The notes under the pieces: model-generated
What the model saw: the letters and a program-made list of their open reading frames with translations, nothing else
Database searches by the model: none
Told to the model about the DNA's origin: nothing
Program-made: the position numbers and the translations under genes
Source of the DNA: Macrostomum hystrix
Taxonomy: Eukaryota > Animalia > Platyhelminthes
NCBI GenBank assembly: GCA_950097015.1
Contig: CATNEN010000038.1
Span: forward strand, 27,714,001-27,778,000
DNA: 64,000 bases
Reading direction: 5' to 3'
Shown: piece after piece, positions 1 through 10,780 of the stretch
How positions within the stretch are numbered: the first letter of the stretch is position 1
Layout of the letters: each line of letters begins with the position of its first letter

Positions 1-365
1 ATCCCAAAGTTGGTCTGATAATCCCTTGCAGGATCTCAAATTTAGTATTATAATCCCTTCCAGATTCTAAAGTTAGTCTGATAATCCTGTCCTGATCCCA
101 CATTTAGTCTGATCAATCTATTCCAGATCCCAAAGTTAGTCTGATAATCAATTCCTGATCCCAAAGTTAGTCTGATAATCAATTCCAGATCCCAAAGTTA
201 GTCTGATAATCAATTCCTGATCCCAAAGTTAGTCTGATAATCAATTCCTGATCCCAAAGTTAGTCTGATATAATCAATTCCAGATCCCAAAGTTAGTCTG
301 ATATAATCAATTCCAGATCCCAAATTTAGTCTGATATAATCAATTCCAGATCCCAAAGTTAGTCT
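1..365. repeat. 31-33 bp minisatellite (ATCCCAAAGTTAGTCTGATAATCAATTCCWG), in the intron upstream of the first visible Haspin exon
   Basis: Tandem units seen directly; more degenerate toward the window start. Confidence 0.9.
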
Positions 366-462
366 CGAGTTAAAATCCGTAACACTAGTCGACCATTCGT
401 TTTGCACCAAATATCTGCTGTGTACATTATTCTAGAATGGGATTTTTACTTTCTTCCCCCAG

Positions 463-2543
463 ATGGGAAGACGCCCTGCCGCAGGACATGCTGGACGGAC
501 TGCACAAAGTCGGCGAAGGTGTCTACGGCGAGGTCTACGCCAGTAAACGGGGTCGCCAAGAGGTGGCCCTAAAGGTATTCCCAATCGAAGGTGGCCAATT
601 AGTTAACGGCGAGCCGCAGAAGATGTTTCATGAGGTTCTGCCAGAATTGCTTATCTCACGCAAGCTAACTAACCTGGCGTACAGGTATCGCAGTAATAAA
701 ACTGGCAATTTTGTTCAATTGCTCAATGCTAGCATTGTGCGCGGGCGTTTACATCCGCGCCTATCCGAAGAGTGGGAGGCTTTTAATAGCGGTGTGCGCT
801 CTACTGACAATGAGAATCCGGAATTCCTGCCAGCCAGACAGCAGTGGCTACTGTTGGAGTACAAGTGAGTAGTGTCTGTTGCATGTATTTTAATGTAGGA
901 ATATTAAAATGTAGGTACAGTAGGTACACTACAATCTCTTAGGTTAATCACACCGGCATGTCCTCCAAAGATCACTTTGATAATATTCTTTAAACCGATT
1001 TGAAGCCTCACTTTAACTAACTAACTAATTCAGCTAACACAGACATTCCCTATATCCACAGTTTGAGAACACCTATCTACTATCCCACGGTCCTTGGATT
1101 TAGCAAGCCGTCTTATTATCCAAATATCCTTAGTTTAAGCAAGCCCATCTACTGTCACAGATCTTCAGTTTGAGCACACTCACCTAACCCCCAGGATCAG
1201 GGGGTCGGTGGCAGAGCGGTTAACGCGTTTGCCTCTCGCACCAAGGTCCCTAAGTTCGATTCCACGGCAAGGCCGCATTTATTTGGGGCGCAGCCGCAGA
1301 GATAAGGCTTGGGGGGCTTGTCGTGCAATTTACGCCCTTGAGGGCCAACCTCCAAGGCACAGTGAAGTGTACACTGCCTGACTATGAGAAAGTCAGGGCA
1401 GATGTACACACCTGTGTGAGTATCTGTGTGAGTTGTGCTCAGGAGTCAGCGAAATGGGCAGAATTGCCTCCTAGCTGGTTGCGGGTCAGTGTCACTAAAT
1501 GATGTGCCTCTGCCCACAGCCCTCCTGCAATTATTATTATTATTATTATTAACCCCCGAAATACGTAGTTTGAGCACACTCACCTATACTCCCCAATTCC
1601 GCAGTTTGAGCACACCCACATTTTATCCTTAGATCCTCAGTCTGAGCACACTCACCTTTTCTCAACAAATCCTCATTTTGAGCACACTCACCTATTCTAA
1701 AAAAATCTTGAACACAATTTGAACACAGTTTGAACACAATTATATACTCAGTTTGAGCACAATTATATATTCTTAAAAAATCCTCAGTTTGAGCACACTA
1801 ATCTATTCTCAACAAATCCTCAGTTAAAAATCACTCACCTATTCTCAAGAAATCCTCAGTTTGAGCACACTCACCTTTTCTCAACAGATCCTCAGTTTGA
1901 GCACACTGAAAGCCTCTTCAAACGCAATTCCCCCAGATTCGCAGGCTGCCCTCTGCCAGCATTTCGCTTCGGCTGCTATCTCGAAGCCCGATCAGTCATC
2001 CTGCAGCTCGCTCTGTCCCTAGCCGCCGCAGAATCTCAGTTTCAATTTGAGCACCGCGATCTACACTGGAACAATGTCCTAGTTAGAAGATCCGGCCGTT
2101 CCAAGATTCGCTATCGCATCGCCGATCACAACTATGCCATTAGTAGCGAAGGCCTTGAAGTTGCCATCATCGATTTCACTGTTAGCCGAATTAGTCCAGC
2201 GCCCGGCTATGTACTCTACATCGACATGTCCGGCGATGAAGGCATCTTTGTTGGCGACGGCGATTATCAATTCGAAGTCTATAGAATGATGCGACGCGAT
2301 TGCGGCGACGATTGGCGACAGTTTAATCCGCGCAGCAATCTAATGTGGCTGCACTATCTATTGGACAAATTGTTGACCGCAACGGCGTTTCCTAGACGAG
2401 ATCCCGACTCACTGGCTGTACAGTCTGAGCTAGCAGCCCTGCACGACTGCCTGCTGACCTACAACAGTTGCGAACAATTGGTTAGGGAGAATTTCTACTT
2501 TCTAGGAAACGCTATGGATATTGATACTGCCGGACTGGAATAA
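463..2543 (+). CDS. HASPIN: Haspin-family Ser/Thr kinase, last two exons (463-864, 1937-2543); 5' part lies outside the window
   Basis: KVGEGVYGEVY Gly-loop, VALKVFPIEG, VNGEPQK..EVLPE, FEHRDLHWNNVLV, IIDFTVSR, GDGDYQFEVYRMMR and SNLMWLHYLLDKL are all Haspin-type motifs; AG/GT sites at 461-462, 865-866 and 1935-1936 join in frame. Confidence 0.92.
1045..1910. repeat. Degenerate ~35-40 bp tandem repeat (ATCCTCAGTTTGAGCACACTCACC...) in the Haspin intron, interrupted by a SINE
   Basis: CAGTTTGAGCACAC core recurs on both sides of the SINE. Confidence 0.75.
1200..1550 (+). mobile_element. tRNA-derived SINE family 1, full-length copy
   Basis: GGGGTCGGTGGCAGAGCGG A-box, GTTCGATTCC B-box, conserved body, CCCTCCTGCAA(TTA)n tail; about 11 related copies in the window. 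Confidence 0.88.
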
Positions 2544-2639
2544 GTGGGCCGTTTGCTCCGTGCTTTTATGAAACAACTGGACTCGGCTTTGTGTATTTTG
2601 CTTGTCATTGGACATTGCTAATCTTTATGTTATACTATT

Positions 2640-2955
2640 AACCTACCTTCATTCTGTCCTATGACCTCCCTTCATTCTCTCCTCCGACCTCCATTCATTC
2701 TGTCCTCCGACCTCCATTCATTCTGTCCTCTGACCTCCCTTCATTCTGTCCTCTGACTGCCCTTCATTCTGTCCTCTGACCTACCTTCATTCTGTCCTCT
2801 GACCTCCCTTAATTCTGTCCTCTGACTGCCCTTCATTCTGTCCTCTGACCGCCCTTCATTCTGTCCTCTGACTGCCCTTCATTCTGTCCTCTGACCTCCC
2901 TTCATTCTGTCCTCTGAACTTCCCTTCATTCTGTCCTCTGACCTCCCTTCATTCT
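2640..2955. repeat. 23 bp pyrimidine-rich minisatellite downstream of the Haspin stop
   Basis: Tandem CCTTCATTCTGTCCTCTGACCTC units. Confidence 0.9.
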
Positions 2956-3464
2956 CCCTGCATCTTCGACCTGCATTCACATTCAAATTGAAAATGTTAA
3001 ACTAAGTCAGGCATCGCATTGCAAGAATAGATAATTAGCAATCCATAGTATTTTTGGATAGTTTTACTAACTGCGGCATTGTATACTAATTTGCATCACT
3101 TGTTTTTTCCTGTCCAGTGCTTCATTATTTTCTCACCGAGTAAGATGTACGCTTATTAGTAATAATTTAATTTTTACATATTTATTTGTTGTCGCATTTT
3201 GAAGTCTTCTCATCTGTAGGGTAATTAAACCAAATTTATATCTAGGTTTCAATGTTTTTGTTTTATATTATTTTATTTGTGTTGTGCATGCTGCGCTGTT
3301 TAAATTAAAAAAATGCTTTTTATATAGAGATCATCTATGATTTATTAAATGTCATAGGGTTATTTTTTTAGTATTTCAGCTTCAATAATACCCTACAAAT
3401 TTTACGCCTATAGGTGCTAGCTATATTTTCATTAATAAACCGGTAATGTCTTCTTTCGTAAGTG

Positions 3465-4399
3465 CGAGGGGCGATCAAAAAGTTCTGCAAGCTGCGTTAT
3501 TACAAAGTCCAGAGAAAACTGGAGCACACATTCAGTGTCGCATTCCCTCAAAGTACTTCCCGTCAGCTTCAATGCACCGTTGCATTCGCATCCGCCAGGC
3601 CTGGAAGCAGCTGAGGTACTCTGATGTTGGTAGTCTCTCGAGTTCTGATTTGACTGCTCGTGCCAGGTCCTGAATGCGAGAAAAGACCATGTTGGACTGC
3701 TTGTCCTTCATCGTGAAGAAGGAAATCCAAAATTAGTCTCCTGTCACGACGTCAGACAGCCTTCTTGGACCATTTGGTTCGAACAGCTCCAGCCCCAGGC
3801 GGCAGATTCGCACGCGCTCAGCGCACTGTTCCATTGTGAGCAGGTGCGGCACCCAGCGGGCGCAGGTCTTGGAGCGGCCCAGCTGCTCATGCATGATGGT
3901 GTGGGCGCTTCCATAGTTGACACCGAACTCGTAGGCAAGGAATCTCAGTGTCACACCGCAATCCTCGCGCACAATTGTGTCCGCGCGGGCCACTGATGCC
4001 TCGGTCACGGATGTCCGGGGTCGTCCAGACTGACTCTCGTCTTTGGAGCTCGTTCGTTCATCGGTAAAGTGGCGCATCCTGCGTGCGACAGTGTCAAATG
4101 ACGGCGCAGCTTCAGCCAACTCTGAAACTAAGTCGCTGTGAATTTCCACAGCTTTTTCCCCAGATGCATGCGCATATAGATGTAGAAGCGAATGTTGTCT
4201 TTTGACGATTCCATGTACATGCTGAAAACTGGAGTTGGTTGGTGTCCAGTAAAACTGAAACTGATTCTCGAAATCAACTGAAACTCTACAAGGAAGGAGT
4301 TCAACAAAATGTTGCACAACTCCAGCAAATTTCACTTTATTTGGTGCAGCAGAAGTGGCTACAGGACAGTTGGTTGCAGAACTTTTTGATCGCCCCTCG
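3465..4399 (-). mobile_element. Internally deleted mariner transposon
   Basis: 26 bp perfect TIRs CGAGGGGCGATCAAAAAGTTCTGCAA (3465-3490 / 4374-4399); TA on the right flank, TG on the left; frameshifted transposase with RSGRP-like QSGRP, WVPHLL, VVTGD and C-terminal RCIEADGKYFE; middle of the catalytic domain is missing. Confidence 0.93.
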
Positions 4400-4877
4400 T
4401 AGTAGCTAAAAATGTTTTCGTCTTTCTTAGTTTAACTAAAGACTTAAAAGTACTTACGTATAGCTTTTACGTATAACCTAACAATTATTTTTAAAAAGAG
4501 AATTCTGCGTAGGGAACTGTTTAATTTGAAAATAAACACAATCAAACTCAACTGTGCAGTTTTTTGCGTTCGAAAAAAGTTAGAAACTTTTATTTCTTTT
4601 TTTTAAGTAATTTTGCTTTGTGCGAAAGAAAGCATGAGAATGTAACTATTTATTTTTTCCTCTATTAGTCATTTCAACAGATGATAAAACTTTTTTAACA
4701 TCAAGGTAACGTTATGTAAAATGTAATATAAATTCGCATATAGTTTTTCAAGACAAAAAATTTAATAACATAAAAATGAAACATTTGTAAATATAATGTG
4801 AAATGATACAAAAAATATAATGTCATACAGTCACAATCCTTCTAATATGTTGTATAATAAGGTTCAACTGTCTCATA

Positions 4878-6372
4878 CAAAAATGGACATCCCATGCTGT
4901 TAGATACTAAAAAGGATATCCTATTCTGTTAGATACTAAAAAGGATATCCCATGCTGTTAGATACTAAAAAGGATATCCCATGCTGTTAGATACTAAAAA
5001 GGATATCCCATGCTGTTAGATACTAAAATGGATATCCTGTTCTGTTTTAGATACTAAAAAGGATATCCTGTTCTGTTAGATACTAAAAAGGATATCCTAT
5101 TCTGTTAGACACTAAAAAGGATATCCCGTGCTGTTAGACACTAAAAAGGATATCCCATTCTGTTAGATACTAAAAAGGATATCCTGTTCTGTTAGATACT
5201 AAAAAGGATATCCCATCCTGTTAGACACTAAAAAGGATATCCCATTCTGTTAGATACTAAAAGGATATCCTGTTCTGTTAGATACTAAAAAGGATATCCC
5301 ATTCTGTTAGACACTAAAAAGGATATCCTATTCTGTTAGATACTAAAAAGGATATCCCATCCTGTTAGACACTAAAAAGGATATCCCATTCTGTTAGATA
5401 CTAAAAAGGACATCCTATCCTGTTAGACACTAAAAAGGATATCCCATGCTGTTAGATACTAAAAAGGACATCCCATGCTGTTAGACACTAAAAAGGATAT
5501 CCCATTCTGTTAGACACTAAAAGGATATCCCATTCTGTTAGATACTAAAAAGGATATCCCATGCTGTTAGATACTAAAAAGGATATCCCATTCTGTTAGA
5601 CACTAAAAAGGATATCCCATTCTGTTAGACACTAAAAGGATATCCCATTCTGTTAGATACTAAAATGGATATCCTGTTCTGTTTTAGATACTAAAAAGGA
5701 TATCCTGTTCTGTTAGATACTAAAAAGGATATCCTATTCTGTTAGACACTAAAAAGGATATCCCGTGCTGTTAGACACTAAAAAGGATATCCCATTCTGT
5801 TAGATACTAAAAAGGATATCCTGTTCTGTTAGATACTAAAAAGGATATCCCATCCTGTTAGACACTAAAAAGGATATCCCATTCTGTTAGATACTAAAAG
5901 GATATCCTGTTCTGTTAGATACTAAAAAGGATATCCCATTCTGTTAGACACTAAAAAGGATATCCTATTCTGTTAGATACTAAAAAGGATATCCCATCCT
6001 GTTAGACACTAAAAAGGATATCCCATTCTGTTAGATACTAAAAAGGACATCCTATCCTGTTAGACACTAAAAAGGATATCCCATGCTGTTAGATACTAAA
6101 AAGGACATCCCATGCTGTTAGACACTAAAAGGATATCCCATTCTGTTAGATACTAAAAAGGATATCCCATGCTGTTAGATACTAAAAAGGATATCCCATT
6201 CTGTTAGACACTAAAAAGGATATCCTATTCTGTTAGACACTAAAAAGGACATCCCATTCTGTTAGACACTAAAAAGGATATCCTATTCTGTTAGACACTA
6301 AAAAGGACATCCCATTCTGTTAGACACTAAAAAGGATATCCCATCCTGTTAGACACTCAAAGGGACATTCCA
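4878..6372. repeat. 29 bp minisatellite (AAAGGATATCCCATKCTGTTAGAYACTAA), about 50 copies
   Basis: Tandem units seen directly. Confidence 0.95.
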
Positions 6373-6542
6373 TTTGTGCAGCTGCGGGGGCTGAGGCTAC
6401 ATCTATGGGAAATAAAAATTGAGTGTCTTGCTCAAAGTCGCAAATTGTATCTTTTGGCTGAGATTCCAACTTCCGACCGATCTCCGTCTGAAGTCCAATG
6501 CTCTAACCATTTTGCCCGTTTCCCTGATCCCGGATCGCGTCA

Positions 6543-7448
6543 TCAGCGTGTGGTAGCTGTGCCATTTCCCACTGTCTGGTGATGCGACTTCTGGCATCTG
6601 CGACGGCTGATTTGCCCGCCTCCGTGTGGATCAGCCTGCCACTCTGAATGACCGCCGTCTCCTCCCCCACCGCCACCGCCTCCCCCACCGGCTCCGCCGC
6701 CTTGTCCCTGATGCTCCGCTGCCGGTTTCTTAGTCTCGACCTCCTTGACAACGCAGTGGTACTCAGGCGGGCAGGTGCACTTGAACTCCACGCTGGCCGG
6801 CGAGTTCTCCTGGGCGCGTCTTTTAACCACGCACACGTCATCGTCATTGTCGTTGTCGGCGTCGTTACGAACGCCGCTGTTGGCACTGCCGCCATGCTCG
6901 GCCGAGGCTGATGTCATGGCGCAGACTGGCAGGTGACAGGCGAAGTCGTAGTGCCAGGTGGCGCCGCCGTCGCTTGGTCGCCAGGACCGAAGCTGAAACA
7001 CGCCGTCCGGGCAGGAGCACCTCAGCTGCTGAAGCCGGGGACTCCACACGGACATTGGGCTGGTGAACACGGCGGCCGGCTTGCCATCGCCGATGCTGCA
7101 CTGGCCCCTGCGAGGCATCGGGCTGCACTTGACGAACTGGACTCGCATATTTGGATCCTCCCAGTGCTGCCAGTAGAAGCTGTTGTCTGACATTGCCGCC
7201 ACCGCTGCGGCCGCCTCTGACTCGACGCTGGGCATGGCGCAGTTGGCGCAGCCGTTGCAATAACGGCCCTGGTCCACAATGCGGTCGGGAAAGTGGAGGA
7301 CGGCATTGCAAATCGACTCGTTGGTCGGACAGTCGGGTAGTTGAGATTTGCCGGATTGACTCAAAGTCGGGCTGGCTAGAAGCAGAAGACAGGTCACAGT
7401 GGCCGCAGCTAGCAGCAGATGCTGATGAATGCATCTTGTCTCAGTCAT
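6543..7448 (-). CDS. Secreted cysteine-rich protein, Argos/giant-lens-like
   Basis: Signal peptide; Cys pattern LPDC..IC, FVKCSP..QC, LRCSCP, YDFAC, VCVVKRR, FKCTCPPEYHC parallels Drosophila Argos as recalled; single 301-aa ORF. Confidence 0.7.
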   Translation of the reverse strand: MTETRCIHQHLLLAAATVTCLLLLASPTLSQSGKSQLPDCPTNESICNAVLHFPDRIVDQGRYCNGCANCAMPSVESEAAAAVAAMSDNSFYWQHWEDPNMRVQFVKCSPMPRRGQCSIGDGKPAAVFTSPMSVWSPRLQQLRCSCPDGVFQLRSWRPSDGGATWHYDFACHLPVCAMTSASAEHGGSANSGVRNDADNDNDDDVCVVKRRAQENSPASVEFKCTCPPEYHCVVKEVETKKPAAEHQGQGGGAGGGGGGGGGGDGGHSEWQADPHGGGQISRRRCQKSHHQTVGNGTATTR

Positions 7449-7884
7449 GGCTTCCTAATTTTCTTTGCTTCTGTGTCCACCTCAGACCTGTCTAATATGC
7501 CGGACATCCAAGTTATAGGCCTCGCGCAGTCCAACTGTCACTGTCCGCTCAATTTCTCTTCCTCGAACTCTCTTGGGCCTCCCAATCCCACGGCTCCCCA
7601 GCCAGCTATAGGCGTTGATTATTCAGTCCGAATCGCCCAGATAGGACCGGAACGGTTGTGGTGGGGTAGGCTTTTCTGCGGCCGGTCTAATTGACAAGGG
7701 AATAGAAGTCCCTTGACACCAACTCTATGTGAGTCCGTATATATTGGGTTTGTTAAAAATTAAAATTGGATATCTTGATAAGAACTGAATGTTCGCTGCT
7801 TTTTGCATGGATTTCTACTCCCAAAGGTGATCGTTGGGTTTTGGAGTTGAAGTTTAATCAAGTTTTTAACTGTATCTTCAGCTA

Positions 7885-7930
7885 TCTTCAGCTTGAAGGT
7901 CATGGGTTCGATTCCTGACTACACCGGGAC
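7885..7930 (+). mobile_element. tRNA-derived SINE family 3 fragment (B-box region)
   Basis: TTGAAGGTCATGGGTTCGATTCCTGACTACACCGG matches the reverse complement of 16124-16158. Confidence 0.55.
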
Positions 7931-8019
7931 TGTTGAATGTAGGTGGTTGTGGCCTTCTGCCCCCAGTCCATGGACTTAACAGCCTTAAGCAGCCAAGAAG
8001 TTTCCAAAGTTTGACACAG

Positions 8020-8390
8020 TGACACTCCATGTCAAAATGATATTAGTTTTCTACTTCTTAGCTACACTTTGTGCAGATCCTATCTTCCAAGGGAATTCTT
8101 GGTCTTGCAGCCCGTAGTGTTTCACATGATAATTTATGATTTTGTGATAAATTGGGATAAGGATTATGAAAGTCTTTCTTAGATTTATAATAGAAATAAC
8201 AAAGTTTTACGGACTTCTCGACCACACTGGGCGCGCATTCACTCTCTATGCTGTGCCTTAGATAAATCGATAAATCGATAGTTAGGCCGCACCAAATAGG
8301 AAGTGACTGAGGCCACAGGAAATTGTTTAAAGCCTTGGTTAAGAAGGCAAGTTGCAGTTTTACGATATAGATGTCCTGGCCCAACACAAG
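8020..8390 (-). mobile_element. Degenerate non-LTR retrotransposon ORF2 C-terminal remnant
   Basis: HKLSCETLR..RIPLEDRICTKC..EVEN.YHF..C matches the Cys/His-rich C-terminus typical of LINE ORF2; contains stops. Confidence 0.55.
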
Positions 8391-9239
8391 AGCTCTCCAT
8401 CATGCTTGCTCTATTTTACTAGATAAAGCGAAGATGTTAGGGTAGGGAAGCCAAGCCAATGTGGCATGCTGCTGTCGCGCGGAGTGTTGCATGCGTACTG
8501 AACTAGAGTGTGCCTGGCGGGGTAAGTGCGTGTAATTCTATTCCCGCCTCCTCTTCTCCACTCCCCTATTTCATCCTGTCTTATCTTACCTCTCGCGGGC
8601 GAGTAGTTCAGATGTAGTCACTAAACTATATACTATCTGTGAGTACGTGTGCTCATGCTAGCCATGGCCATTGGTCCCCAGGGAATGAAGGCTGGCGAAC
8701 TGGGCTATATACCGAGGTCCTTTGAAGATTATTTCTGCTATCTCGGCCTCTTTTTGTCCAGTATTCTCGGGCATTGATTTTTTTCTTCCCTCATATCCTC
8801 ATGGCCTATAAAGCCGCGATGATTGGGTCGACCGTGTTGTTTTTTCGTATGTCTAACTATTATGCACCGCTATTAATTCCCTGCTGTATTATATATATAT
8901 ATATATATATATATAAATACTAGTACATATATTAGAGACTTGCAGATTACATTATCAAGTCTAAGTTAACTCGACTTTGTCACCTTACCTCAGAGTTTAA
9001 TATTGGCTTCTTATTAATGCTACTGATGGCAATGATGTGACGTGATTGATATACAAAAATTTATTGATTCTCGTCAGGATGTGTAAATACAAGTTGTATT
9101 TGTCTGTCTGTCCGTGTGTATAAAAAGTAAACTAAACTCAGATACTGGTTAGGGAACTCAGCGGGAACTGTTTTAGGGAGAGGACAGAGGAGGCAGTTGA
9201 TAGGCGAAAAATGAGATCGACAGTAGAGATGTGAGTGGG

Positions 9240-9690
9240 AAATCGACAGGGGAGAGGGAAGAGAACTAGAGAAGAGGGAACAGGAAATAGAGAGAGAGGA
9301 GAGGGGACAGGAAATAGAGAGAGAGGAGAGGGGACAGGAAATAGAGAGAGAGGGGAGAGGACAGGAAATAGAGAGAGAGGGGAGAGGACAGGAAATAGAG
9401 AGAGAGGAGAGGGGACAGGAAATAGAGAGAGAGGAGAGGGGACAGGAAATAGAGAGAGAGGAGAGAGGACAGGAAATAGAGAGAGAGGGGAGAGGACAGG
9501 AAATAGAGAGAGAGGAGAGGGGACAGGAAATAGAGAGAGGAGAGGGGACAGGAAATAGAGAGGAGAGGGGAGAGGAAATAGAGAGAGAGGAGAGGGGAGA
9601 GGAAATAGAGAGAGGAGAGGGGGACAGGAAATAGACAAGAGAGGGGAGCTAGAAGATAAGAGAGAGAGAGGGAGAGGGGAGAGGAAAGAT
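9240..9690. repeat. 27 bp purine-rich minisatellite (GGGACAGGAAATAGAGAGAGAGGAGAG)
   Basis: Tandem units seen directly. Confidence 0.9.
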
Positions 9691-10780
9691 TAAAAAGTGG
9701 CGGGTAGGCGACGGAAGAACTAAACTAGATTTAGGAAGAGTTCTACTAGATTCTGCCATCAGTTGTGGATAGTGATTTTTTAATCGCCTGCTGTGCCATC
9801 TACCCAATTCGCTGTTCTAATATTAAATTATTAATTTTTTTATCGGCAGAAATTAGAATGGAGCAGAGTTCTGGCAGTGTGAGCTTTTAACAAATTTCCT
9901 TAAGCAGTTCTCGGGGGAAATTTCACTAAATATGAGCTTTTTTTCTTGTTTTCCCATAGCTGTAGAAAATGTATTTTTCATTATAATCCACCGTTGTTAA
10001 ATTCACCCCAGCAATCCACGAGAGAGATGGCGTACAGTCTTCTTTCTAGTCGAAGTGATAAATAATTGAATGCTAGAAAATTGAGTCCCGTATTATAGAT
10101 ATAGGGCTTAAACCTGCACCAATAGGAGTGCTGTTATAGGCTTAGTCTGAGTTAATGCTCATTGGAACTGGATAAGATTTAGCAAAGTACATTATAGCTG
10201 TTTTAGTAGTCGCGTATGCTCGATTAATAATTAACAAAAATACATAAAAATCAGCAGCCATTATCATTATTACACGGTAGTTCCTTCGCCGAGAAATTGT
10301 CTATTAAAGTGAAATTTACCCTGGTTAACTAATTAAATATTTGCACTTCATTCTAAATATCATAGTCGATATCTGTTCCACCCGTGTGTGCGTGTGACAA
10401 CTGCAGAACTTTATTTTAAAAAACCAACTTGGACGGGTGAGAAGGCCTAGGCTAATAAGAGGGGTAGCGTTGGGAGTGTACGCGAACTCTGCCCTATTGC
10501 TGTACAGTCATGGTAGACTGAAGGAGAACATTTTCCAATTGTTGGGCAGGAGAGTCGGAGTGCAGAGAGCTCAGTGCTCAGGTGAGAAATGAGGGTAGGT
10601 TGCTGAGGGTAATGGGGAAGAACTGACGGACAAAAGAGGCTTCATGTACTTTAGCTTCTCGCTACCTCTAAGCTTCCCAACTCTCCGAGCAATCCTTAAT
10701 AATTAAGGCTGTGAAAGCTGTGACACGGCCGACAAAAAAGCAGAAAGCCTAACTTAGAGCAGCTCACAGCAGTTTAGAGC

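Noticed and set aside
1200-1275. Functional tRNA genes at the SINE heads (also near 16118-16192 and 23460-23533)
   Set aside because: Acceptor stems do not pair, and the heads continue into repeat bodies or occur as diverged fragments
1375-1400. CTGACGA..GAAA in the SINE-1 body as a hammerhead ribozyme core
   Set aside because: Only 3 nt lie between the CTGACGA and GAAA motifs, so there is no stem II; the bases are better explained by a simple hairpin
6376-7694. Multiple overlapping ORFs around the Argos-like gene (and antisense ORFs over the BTB, lectin and neuroligin exons)
   Set aside because: Shadow ORFs of GC-rich coding sequence
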